The position numbers and the translations under genes were made by a program. 64,000 nucleotides of DNA from Psammoneis japonica (lineage: Eukaryota), in assembly GCA_008632985.1 (NCBI GenBank), contig QPGO01000072.1, positions 1 through 64,000 on the forward strand, given 5' to 3'. A model generated the notes under the pieces. That model had not been told where the DNA came from and searched no databases. It saw only the letters and a list, made by a program, of their open reading frames with translations. Of this stretch, positions 1 through 11,153 are shown in pieces. The number at the start of each line of letters is the position of its first letter. Position 1 is the first letter of the stretch.

Positions 1-1456
1 CCAGCCTTAATCAATCGGCGGATATCATTGCAGCGACCGACAAAAAATGCAGTAGGATTTGAAACACATTGCAGACAACAATCATGTCACACCACAGCAT
101 TTAGTAGTTTGCTTTTTCGAGGAGGTTCCACCGAAGTGGATCAAGAGGAGGAATACGATGAGAGTGAAGAAGAGAGTGAATTGCTTGATATTGATGAAAA
201 CGAGGAGGAAGAAGAGGAACTTGACGACGAAGATGAGGAGGAGAATCCGCTCGACAGTGTCATGCCCTCAAAACCCATCAAGGTTACCGTCAAGACCAAC
301 ATGGGATCGGCCATGGTGGATGCTTCGATGGAACTTGACGTGTCGCCTTCACGTACGATCGCAGACGTGAAAAAATCGCTATCGAGACGCATGACGGGAC
401 GACCACCGATACACGTGCAACGACTCGTCAAGGACGGTCGGGTATTGGACGATGATGTGTTGGTGAATGAATTAATTGATCACGAAGAAGAAGAAGAAGA
501 GGATGATGAAGAAGAGGAGGATGACTCACTGACACTCACGCTGGATATTATACCACCCGTCGATCCCAAATTTGGTGTCGATCTCAGCATGAATCACGTA
601 CTCAACGACATGACCACGGGCGAACTTCTCAAAGCCTACGCCACCAATGCAGCCGCCATGTATCGAAATTCACAACTTTTATCCAATGACAATAAGGATG
701 AACAAGATACAAGTACTACTCTTGAATCGGTACGATTGCGACAAGAAGCACACATGATCCAAGAGCAATTGCTGACGGGTGTCGACGAATCCATTGTCTC
801 GGCCTTGGACGAACCACCCCAATCCAAACAACAAGCGTATTTGCAACGTCGTGGGCAACGGACACGACTCGTCGGTGGACGTGGTGGTGCCAAGCAAAGT
901 GTAAAACGAACCTTGCAAAAGAATCTCAATATTGTGAGTAACAGTAGTTTGCGCATGCTCTTGTTGTGTGCATACCTCCGTATCGGAGTGCTTGATTTTT
1001 TGCCTGCAATGATTTTTATTCAAGGCTCACGTTTTCTAATCTCTCTACTCTTGCTTTCGTCAGAATTGGGCCGACACACTCCGCAACGTTGTCTTGTTTT
1101 TCTTTTTTGGTTTCTTTGGTGGCCGCAGTACCATTTCGCGCAACTTGCTCTTTTTGGGAGCACCGCTCTGCTTTTTGCTGCAAGCACGAGCCGTCAAAAT
1201 GTACACCAAGCTTGGATTTTATCTTTTAAAGGATCCACCAAGTGTGTTTTTATCGCTTCTTCCGGCACCACCGCAAGCTATACTGAGTTTTGATCCAGAC
1301 AAGGCTCGTGTTGCCATTTACGGAGAATCAACAACAACAACAGAAGAGGAATCTACTCCACAAGAGGAGGATGAGGAGGACGACGTGGATGACGAGTATA
1401 GCGAGGATGAGACAGAAGAAGACGAGACAGATGAATATGGTGAATACGATTATTAG
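1..1456 (+). CDS. Ubiquitin-like-domain membrane protein with acidic tracts (5'-partial; exons <1..933, 1064..1456)
   Basis: Frame open from base 1. UBL-like segment (PSRTIADVKKSL...HVQRLVKDGRVLDDD). GTGAGT donor at 934 and CAG acceptor at 1061-1063 join in frame to ORF 1094..1456, which has hydrophobic helices and an acidic tail. Confidence 0.7.
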
Positions 1457-1945
1457 TTATTAGTGATCCATTGCTTGTTTTCCTTTTCTTCAAACTTGTT
1501 CCAGCATAGCTGTTGTTGTTCGTCAATGCTCAGTGCGACATGTCTACAATGCATTGTCGACATCAACTGTGAGGGCTGATGCCGCCAAAGCCTGAGCTGG
1601 GGCCACCATGCCTCTGCAACATAAAATCAAATAAACAGAGCCCGAACCAGGGCTACCTGGGTTGTGAGAGATGCACGCCGGGCAAAGCAGGAGACTGAAC
1701 GCCAGTCTCGTCGCCGTGGCAACCGGTCCCCACTGTTCAACCAGCACTGATGGGAAACCATCCCCACACCATTTTGTCTGAAGTGAGCACATGCCAAGGC
1801 ACACTGCTCCACACTGCCATGTTCAGCACCTGCCATGCATGCTGAAAACAAGATGAATCACAAGCGTCAAGATGAATCACAAGCGCCACACCATTTCAGC
1901 TGTGGCAATTCTCATTGTGAGTTCTCTTTTGTGTGATGTTGTGCA

Positions 1946-1969
1946 ACACACACACACACACACACACAC
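1946..1969. repeat. (CA)n microsatellite
   Basis: acacacac... run seen directly. Confidence 0.9.
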
Positions 1970-2940
1970 GCAAAACCCAGCACTCTTTCTGCAGCTGACC
2001 CCTGAGCATTCTTTGCAACAACGAGTGGTGGCCATGCATGTTGTTTGTGTCAACACCACAGCACCCTTGCCCTTGTGTCTCAAACCCGGTGTGTTGCAAG
2101 AGCATCTGTGTGTCACCACTCTGGTGGAGATTGCACATCATCGCCTGCTTGCTGACCAACACACATCTGCTCAACCATGCCACCAGAGTGTGCTTGGCCA
2201 GAGCAGGAAAAGCAGCTCTTGCTTTTCACTCAATTGCACTTTTGTTGCTCCCAGACCTCTTGCAAGAGCTGAGATGAGCTTGGCATCATGTGAAGTTGCA
2301 TGCAGGACTCACCCAATCTCATGTGCATGCTCCATCCACACAAACACACCCAGCGCCAGCACAAGAGTTGGAATGCGGAGCTTCAGACTGTGGTGGTCAA
2401 ACATTTTTGACAGCATCAACACTTCTGACCAGTCTTGACAATTGTTTGAAAGAGATTTGTGTCACTTTTTTCAAGGCAAACTGCATGTGTCAATGACACA
2501 AAATGGACCTTGCAATGGCACTGCTGCTTGCACCGCTTTTTTGCTTGTTGTTGCTGGGATCATCTGTTGGTGCCTCTCCTTCTTCATGTCACATTCTTGC
2601 CACTCTTTTTCTTTGACACATTCATTTTCTTTTGCGCTTGCAGAGCAAATGATTTGACCCTGTGTGCACAGCCTTGAGAGGCAACATCAGCTGACAAATT
2701 TGCAATGGGGCGCACTTGCCCCACCCCTCAGTCATGGCAGCCAGAAGCATTTCTTCTTTCCTCAACAATTGGAGCGGGTCTGTTGCATGTCATGTTGGCT
2801 GTGATGGCAAACCCCCACAACCAAAGCAAAAATTTAAAACATCAAGCCACAAGTCTGTGACACAGAGGTGGTCCATCTGCCAACTCTCATCTGTTTTGTG
2901 TTTGTTGTGCATCAAAGGTTGCACGTGCACCAAATGTTTG

Positions 2941-3216
2941 TGACAGAAATTGAAGGCAAATGGCAAGAATTCAAACAATGACTCCTCACTGCTGTCTAAA
3001 TGGCAGATGAGTCTCCGCTCAGAGACCGTCACAGGAGCCGAAAGACGTGTGAGTCGGTGCAATCGGGCTGCTGTTGTTATTCTTGTGAGCCTTGTGGCTC
3101 GAAAGCAAACTGCATCGCGCGCGAACGTGCGGAACTAAAGCACACAAAACTGTGCGCGGTAAACTAAACAGTGCACGACATTTCGCGTGCACCCAAATCC
3201 TGTTCAAATCCTGTCA
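2941..3216 (-). repeat. 3' LTR of the Copia element
   Basis: 276-bp direct repeat of 8057-8333 with TG...CA termini. Confidence 0.97.
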
Positions 3217-6200
3217 CTCCCCAGTTTGCTTGAGGAGTCACAGAAACAGATTCGACTTCGGATGGAATGAAGTTCCAGAACATGAGGGGGCGGAGAAGGT
3301 CCCCAGATTTGGGAGCAACCCCAATGCTTGCTGAGAATGTCAGCAGGGTTGCGGGAGCCTTCGATGAAGTGGAACTCTGGGCAACCAGACGCAATTGCCT
3401 CACGCACACGGTGGAACGACAGTGCGGTGTGTCGCTTGTGTAACTTGGAGTGCGGGATGGTGGCACTGTCTACAACCGACTTGTTGTCACCGAACATGCA
3501 ACTGACATTGTGGATCGGGACGCCAAGGCAGCGCAGGGTGATGCGCAGGTCAACAATCTGCTCGACACAAGTCCTTGCGGCAACAAATTCAGACCCGCAG
3601 GTCGCAGTCTCCACAGTGGCTTGCTTCTTAGAGAACCAATCAGCCGGGAATTTGTTGAGGAAGTGGAGCATTCCCATGACAGAGCATCCGGTGAGCATGC
3701 AATGGCACAAGTTTGCATCGACGTAGTGGGTGGCAGTGACGAACTTGCCAAGGGGTGGTGGAGCGTCCTTTGGGATCATCTCTTCTGCTTCGCTGTACAC
3801 GGAATGCATCCATTCACAGGCCGGAGCAGGGAGATCCAAACAGCCGGGCTCTTCCGTACGAACGCGGAGAGCGCCGTGTCACATCTTGGAGAGGCAACCA
3901 CAGACGCGTTTGGCACGGTCCAAGTGACCTTGACGGGGCGCAGCTCGGAAGCTAGAGAGTGACATGACGGCCGTGGTGATGTCAATTCGACCAAGGGACA
4001 CTGCCCACTGGAGTGAACCAACAAGAGACTGGAACTTGTGAATGCCATCGGGCCCCAGCAGTTTGGAAGTGTCCAGTTCGGGGTGGTCACCCTTCTCCAG
4101 AGGTGACAGGGCGTTGGTGGCAGGTTTCTCCCCAAACAGTCGGGTGCAGCTGTCAACCATGCGCTCGATGCACTTGCGCGGAGACAGGCACAAGGTTCCG
4201 TCGGGATCCCGGGAAAAGTCACAACCCAGATGGAACTCAATGGGTCCCGCACCCTTGAGCTTGAACTTGCACTTTTCCGTGAGAGCATCGACGAAAGATT
4301 GAGGGTCCTTCATGGCAATGGCGAGGTCATCCACACAAACGGCAATGTGTTCACAGTGGTCGCCGTTCCTGCGCATCCAAATGTCGGGTTCAGCGCGGCA
4401 GGGGAAGAATCCTTCAGCTCGCAGGCAGTCGGCGAAGCGCTCGTGCCAGCGGAGACCAGAGCTGCGCAGTCCATGCAGGGCCTTGTGGATGACAAGGATG
4501 TGTCCTTCGAGTTTGCCAAATTCGGGTCCGGCTGCAATGTAGAGCTTCTCCTTGGTGGTGGCTTCAAGGCAGGCATTGCCAATGTCGGTGGCCCATGTCT
4601 CTAACTCGTTGAGTTCGGCCAGGAAAATCATCAGCCGAAGGCCACGGAGGGAGACTGCTCCGGAGTGGACACTGTCGATGGGTGCGTCCGTGAGGTGCCC
4701 ATCGGCTACGAGTCGTGCCTTGTGGCGACCGTCGTGTTTCACGTCGTGCACCAGGTGCACTCGGATCTTCTTGTGTCCCGCAGGAGGAGTGGAAGACTCG
4801 AAGGGCCCGCAGTCATGGAAGACTTCGCACTCCTCGAGTTGGTCCATCTCGAGGTTAGTTGCGTCTCCCCATTTGCGGTTGCCGTTGCGTTCGTCTGGTG
4901 ACATGGCGTGTTTGCAGTTCCGGGGAACTTTGCATCCGCACTTGCAGCGAGGTGCAGTGCAGAAGGAGTGAAGCTTGGCTTGGTTGGCCATGCGAAACAG
5001 CTTCTTTTGGCGCCTCGCGATGGTGCGGAACCGCTTCCAGCCATCAGTGTCTAGGAGTCCGTTCTCTCGTGCACAGATGGCACAGGTGACGGGGTCATCC
5101 TTGGCGATGATGGCAAGAGGCTCGGACGTGATCTCCCCACTTTCCCATTCAAGCATGATGTTGTAGCTTGAGCCTTTCCAGGTTGGGTCATGAGGCTTCA
5201 GAGGTCCTTCGTGTGACACGATGCGTCGAAATTTCCAAACAGCAGTGTCTTCGTCTTCTTGCTCAATGTGATTCATGATGTCGTTGCAGGCAAGGACTTC
5301 CTCGTGTTCGTCGTTGTTGACAGAGCAGACGAACTTGGTGAGCTCGGGATTGCCGTTCACTTTCCATTCGTGGTCTTCGATGGCCTTGACGATGCGAGCT
5401 CTGTGGCGTTGTCCGTCCTCTTGTGGCTGCATGAGGAATGTGCGTCCAATGATGTCTTGCGGATCAAAAACTGGCATCTTGGGTGTCCTGATCTCCCCAT
5501 CAGGAGAATCGACGGGGTTGTCGTCATGGCGGGATTTGATGATGGGTTCAGGTGGCTCCCCATCAGGAGGATCAAGACGCAGGTTTTGAACGGCAGGATC
5601 GGTGGCAGCGGAGCGTACGTTGGACCGGCAGAGGATCTTCTGAGTCTCGTCAGAGAGAATCTTGAAGGTCATCTGGTGGCCGACGTGCTCAGCAATGCCA
5701 ACAAAGCGTCCGCACAACTCACGGGATTCGGACGGCCAATCGGAGTCATCGAGGTGGAAGCACACGGGTTCCCACCAGTGAAAGCGAAGCAATGGGCTGA
5801 TGTCCGGGGTGGAGCCAGTGAGAGTTTCGAGGGGCATGCGCCAGTGGAGACGTGGGGATGCTGCATGGTTGAGTGTGAAGCACACATGCATGAGCACCAG
5901 CAGCCATGTGTGGGCAGGCGAACCAAAACGATCCATGACAGTGTTCACCATGCGCTTCACGAATGTCGCTGTCAATGTCATAGAACACATCGTCGGACGG
6001 TTCCTCGGAGCAGACGTCGTGTGCGCACATGGCGCGTCGGGGAGCTCGAGGTGTCGTCTTGGGTTGAAACGCACTGTCGTTTTGAGCTGCCGCGGAGAGG
6101 AGCAAGCCACAGTGTTGATCGCATGTGAGGCTCTTGCCACTCTGCGCACGATGCTGATGAGCTTGGTTCTTGACAGCACGGAGTTCCTCGACAGGGTGCA

Positions 6201-7149
6201 CGGCATTCTCGAGCATGACGCGCTTCTGTCCTTCAGAGAAGTGGTCACTGGCCGGGATGAGTGCCTCGCACTTGCGCAACTGATCTTGCCAATGAAGGAT
6301 GAACCCGTGGGTCGGACCTTTCCAAGTGCCATCACCAAGACGTGCGGTGGTGAGGTGCGTGAGCAAGGTGGAGGACTCGATGGATGCGCGGGCAGAGGCG
6401 AGCGCACACTCAGACAAGGCGTGGCAGACGGTCTGGGAGTCAGAAGACCCCACATTTTCGCGAATGAGAGCCTTGCCCTTGTCGGTGAGAAGAATGCGTT
6501 CGAAGACGGCGAACATGCACTTTTGCTGTTCAGCAAAGAGCAGTTTGTCTTCGGGGCTGGTCGGTTTGTACGACGAGTCTAGAATGCACTTGATGTCTTG
6601 GGCACGGGCTTGTGCCACAAGTGAGGTGTGCCAAGTGTGCCACTGCTTGTCGGATTTGAGAGCCGTGAAAGCGGTGGGGTCACGCTTGATGCCTCGCTTG
6701 AAGTCTCGCACCGGGTTGCATGCCTTGGTCCGGTTGGTGACATGCGGAGGTGCGAGGGGTGAGCTGCTGACGGACACAGAAGACATGCAGTCGGGGCTGA
6801 GGCGGCAGGCAAGGAACTCGTCATGTGTGAACAACGAGGAGTCATTGGCAACGTCAAGACCTTTGTGTGCTTTGACAATGTGCAGACCAATTGGAGCTGC
6901 CAACATGTTCTTGTGACCGCGGGGCAAAGGGATCACATTGGTGCCGTTGTCGCACTCAAGCGAGTCGATTTGGGATGGCATGAACGTGAACAGTTCTTGA
7001 CACGAGTCCGTGCCGTCTTGGGTCAAAGCCAAACGAAGAGGGCTCCCAGCACCTTGGGCAAGCACGGTTCCAACAACGTGCTCGAAACCATCGGTTTGTT
7101 GCTGACGAGTGAGAACCATGGTGGACAAAAGTGGTGTCAGGACAAGCAA
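3204..7149 (-). pseudogene. Copia gag-pol remnant (gag ~7149-5962; integrase tail and RT ~5961-3882; RNase H ~3878-3300)
   Basis: Motifs VRDFKRGIKRD (gag); DVKHDGRHKARLVADGH, TDIGNA[C]L and AV[C]VDD (RT); YVDANL, GSEFVAAR, GDNKSVV and NPADILSKHW (RNase H). In-frame TGA at 3879-3881, probably from CGA. Protease and integrase core are missing. Confidence 0.93.
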
Positions 7150-8041
7150 TTCTTGTTGGGAAGCAAAGGTAGACTTGAAACTTGGGTGAGAACAGACTTG
7201 ACTTGAAATGGACTTGACTTGAAATCTTGAACTGCCTTGAAATCAGAAGTCGCCGGGCTGTGCCATCCCGTTCGTTGTCAAGTGCTAAACTTCCCATCCG
7301 GTCCGTAGAGTTGTGCCGGCACATCCGAACCTGCAGCCAGCGGCGCTTTGGGTTGCTTGTGAGCAGAGTGGTGGGTTGTAAACCCCTGCAGGTGAGCTGA
7401 CCAGAGGTGGACAAGACCCCCGAACCGTTCTTGTTTTACATCGGTTGGATTTCCCAATCAGGCTGGCCAGTTGACGCAGGCGTTGGGCGCTGTGGACGAA
7501 CGAACAAACTCGGGAAAACACCCTCGCCCCAACGCAGGCTGCAGTCATGGCTGCTTGCTCTCACAGTCGTCCTCGTGGACCCAGCAGAACTGCAGAGCAC
7601 CAGCAGTCCGGGGTGGATCAGGTGCAATGGACTCGGCGTGCTTGTAGAGTGGCAGCAAAGCCGCAGTCCAAAGGGTGGGTTCAATTCCTTGGCCGTGAAG
7701 ACATGCACATGCACATGTCTTCAGCGACGGAGATCCTTGAACATGTGGGGTTCTTGACCGTTAACCGTTGGGTGGGTGTGTCAAGGGATGAGGATCAAGG
7801 ACAGACTTGGGTGTGACCGTTGAATGCATGTCTTCAGCGATCAAAGGCAGCACAATCAATCCAGATGTCCAGCGGCAAGGAAACTTGACGGTGGCGTTAA
7901 CTTCCTGCCGATGCCCTGGCATTGAATGCGCGCAGACTTGCCGATGCACGCAGAACATGTGCGGAGGTCCACGCAGAATTGAGATGGCGTCGTCGGTGAA
8001 TCAACGACGACGATGGCGGTTGCTCAATGGGTTGACAATGA

Positions 8042-8056
8042 GCAAGACTGTTAATC
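8042..8056 (-). other. Putative primer-binding site complementary to a tRNA-Asn(GUU) anticodon arm
   Basis: Plus strand gcaagactGTTaatc abuts the 5' LTR and has the layout of an anticodon stem-loop (CAAGA-CT-GTT-AA-TC). Confidence 0.55.
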
Positions 8057-8333
8057 TGACAGAAAATTGAAGGCAAATGGCAAGAATTCAAACAACAACT
8101 CCTCACTGCTGTCTAAATGGCAGATGAGTCTCCGCTCAGAGACCGTTGCAGGAGCCGAAAGACGTGCAAGTCGGCACAATCGGGCTGCTGTCATTGTTCT
8201 TGTGAGCCTTGTGGCTCGAAAGCAAACTGCATCGCACGCGAACGCGCAGAACTGAAGCACACAAAACTGTGCGCGGCAAACTAAACAGCGCGCGACATTT
8301 CGCGCGCACCTAAATCCTGTTCAAATCCTGTCA
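8057..8333 (-). repeat. 5' LTR of the Copia element
   Basis: 277-bp direct repeat of 2941-3216. Confidence 0.97.
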
Positions 8334-9723
8334 GTTTGTGGGCGGACCACTCTGCGTTTTGGAGAAATGTTGAAACAAAATTGACACTGCAAAAAATCTC
8401 ATTTAAATGCCTCTGTAATTCCAGGACAAACAAGGAGATGACCCCCCTAAAAACTCAAAATTTCTCATGCCTCTTGTGTCCACGATTTAGCCGAGCCAGC
8501 TGCAGCGCTTGCTCTTGGTTTTCACGCTGGCATCAGAGTGCTTTTCATCATTTTGGTGCCATTGCTTCATCAAATTGGCTGCACCCAATGCACAGAGCAG
8601 ACTAAAAGAGATGTTGCAAGCAGCGAAAGACATTTGCACCAGCTTGCGATGTCGTGCCGGTGTTTGCATTTTTTCCACAGCAGGCATCATGGAGCACACG
8701 GAGCAAACCTCGGCGAGGAGTGTTTGATGCATGTGGGGCTGAGCACTTCAGCCCCTCATGCAAAGAAACAGAGAGATGACAGCAGCATGAGGAATGTCTT
8801 CAGCCAGCTGCTGGCTGAAGAATCCTGCACACTGCAAGGGTGCCGGTAGATAGAATCGAATCACCTCATGTCATGTTCAATGTCCGTCCGTCAATCAGTG
8901 CTGAAAGAGTCTGTCAATCAGTGCGTTTGGGAGGTTTTGGCCGCAAGCTGAAAGTGCCGTACACTAGAGTGACAGATTGCGCTGTTTGCTATTTGCTGTT
9001 GCGTTCGCCACGTCACGCGCGCGTCACGCCGATGACGTCAAAGGCAAACTGCGTGACGTAGGATAGTCAATTGCTTTCATAGATCCGGGTTACAGGCATC
9101 GCTGATCTAATCGAAATCGCGCAGCGCGCACATCTAGTGTTTATTGTTTTTCGTATTATTTCCGCGAGCATTGTATTGCTAATGAATAAAAATAATATTA
9201 TTTCCTATTTGACAGTAAATACAGTGTTTATTATTTTCATAAATAAAATCCGCGAGGCATGAAGACACGCCGGACATTTTCTTACGTATGTTGCTGACAT
9301 CAGCTTTGCTGTGTTAATTAAGCATTCGACGCCCAACGAGGCCATGTCAGGCAGTTCTGACGCACGCCTACCCAGAAAGACCTCTGTGACGTCATTGTGC
9401 TCAATGTTCGAATAAAAGTTACCCAAATGAAGTTGTCACCTTTCTTCGCCGACATTGTCTAAGCAACAAGTGATCGTCCGGCATGATAAATAATAAACAC
9501 TAGATCGGCGACCCCTGTATCAATTGCGTTCATCCCCGATTTGGCCCGATTTAGCAAACTGCTCCTCCCCGTAGAAGTGTGCGTATTTTTTGCACCAGTT
9601 TGCTGTTTGCTTCGCTGCACTTTGAGATTCCTTCGAGGTGCGCCATCGTCTCTCGTCTGAAAAACACCACACTCGCCTCTCGCCTGCCTGCAGCACAAGG
9701 ACATCAAAGTGCTTCTATCAACC

Positions 9724-10931
9724 ATGAGTGACGGCATGCGTTCGAATGCCAGTGCACCAGCTGCACAGCGTCATTTGGTCGATGGCGGTGTGCTGGCATC
9801 AATCGGGAATCAACCCGCCGCCCCCGCTCGGCCGAATGCCGCTGCTGCTCCTCGCAAAGCACAGCGATTCCCAAACACGGACAAGCTTGTCTCAGACGGC
9901 AGACATGAGGAGGTGAGTTTTCTGGCGTTGCTCTTCTCTGCTTTGCACATCATTTTTTCGGTTTCTTGCCACTTTGATCTCATCTTTTTTTCCCCCAACT
10001 TGTCTGCAGTTGCTTTCCGACATGCTTGCGATTGTCGAACAGTGCGATGCTTGCAGCGCTGTTGCACCCGATGCCAAGGATCCGCAGAATCCTTGGCACA
10101 AAGTGGGCCGTCTGTTGCATGCAGATGGCAATGGCATTGCAACGAAGCATGGGTTGCAGGCATCAAAAACTGCGAATCGCGTTGCTTTGACGAAACGCAA
10201 GTTCGTGATGGAGAAAGGCATTCTGCCGCGCCTCGCAAAGAAGCATGAGGACGAGTTTTCTCAGAAGAACTTCGGGGATGCAGACAACGAAAAAAGGGGA
10301 CATGTGCTTTGGGAGAAATGCCGAGACAGTGAAAAGAAATCCCAAGAAGGCAAGGATGAAGAACATGCCAGGAAAGTCCAACAAGAGCACACGGACGAAG
10401 CGAACGAGGAGCGTTGGAACCTCAACCCCCCCGGTGCTGTGAACTCGACTGGTTTGCAGTTCAGTGACCAAGTCATGCGCAACATCAATTTCACCGGCTC
10501 GGCTGCTTCTAAGTCGCCTGTTGTCAGAGATCCAGAGAGCGGCCCATTCGCTGCCACCAGCAACAAGAAGCACAAGAGTGACCCTGCTCCACCTTCTGTG
10601 GCCCGAGCATCTGCGCCTGGATCAGAAACGTCTCCATTGGATGTTGATGGGGAGCAAACAAAAAGCTTCAAAGATCAGGTGCAAGAAGAACCACGGGGCA
10701 TTGACGAATGTGCATGACAACTCTGCCTGCATCAACGACTCGTTTGAGAGGACTGTGGAACTCCTTGCCTCCCAGAACAATGCCATGGAGGAGTCTGTGA
10801 AACACAAGCGCAGCGCCACAATGCTTTCCTCCCTTCGCGAGGCTCGCAAAGATGCTCTGGACCGTGGAGATGATGTTGACTGTGAGAGGCATGACCGGGA
10901 AAATCAAGGAACTGGAGAACACATGGTGTGA
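9724..10931 (+). pseudogene. Harbinger accessory (putative DNA-binding) protein, degenerate
   Basis: ATG at 9724; intron 9913-10009 (GTGAGT...TGCAG) joins in frame to ORF 9974..10717; frame break near 10715. Convergent with the transposase inside the TIRs. Function is inferred from position only. Confidence 0.6.
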
Positions 10932-11153
10932 CATGGGCGGCAACTAGGTGGAGCATGATTCGGGGGCAGCAATGAGACTCCAGAGTGGCAGCCACAAAGC
11001 ACTGTGCAGGTGCACATCTACAAACCTGCCTGCAGTGCATGTGTGCACAGGTGTCAATTCCAGACAGTGTGGTCAGGCTCGATGCATTCACACGACACAT
11101 CATGTCAGATCTGTCATGTCAAAACTAAAGTGGAATCTATTTTGTTCTAAAAA

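Larger units (their letters stand above)
2941..8333 (-). mobile_element. Ty1/Copia (CoDi-like) LTR retrotransposon, internally deleted and hypermutated
   Basis: LTRs 2941-3216 and 8057-8333 (TGACAG...CTGTCA). 5-bp TSD GTTTG at 2936-2940 and 8334-8338. PPT-like AACTGGGGAG on the minus strand next to the 3' LTR. Gag, integrase C-terminal part, RT and RNase H in Copia order. Confidence 0.97.
1500..8850. mobile_element. Degenerate TA-depleted repeat of unknown class (segments ~1500-2940 and 8334-~8850) hosting the nested Copia
   Basis: No coherent ORF, strong TpA depletion like the identified TEs, and split by the Copia TSD GTTTG. Boundaries are approximate and no TIRs were found. Confidence 0.45.

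Noticed and set aside
3204..6536. Alternative genetic code or RNA editing restoring Tyr from TGY/CAY
   Set aside because: Neighbouring host genes use TAY normally, the two LTRs differ from each other, and non-coding DNA is also affected.
2941..8333. CpG deamination or classical RIP as the sole explanation
   Set aside because: Neither removes TpA nor turns Tyr codons into Cys/His; CG remains abundant in this element.
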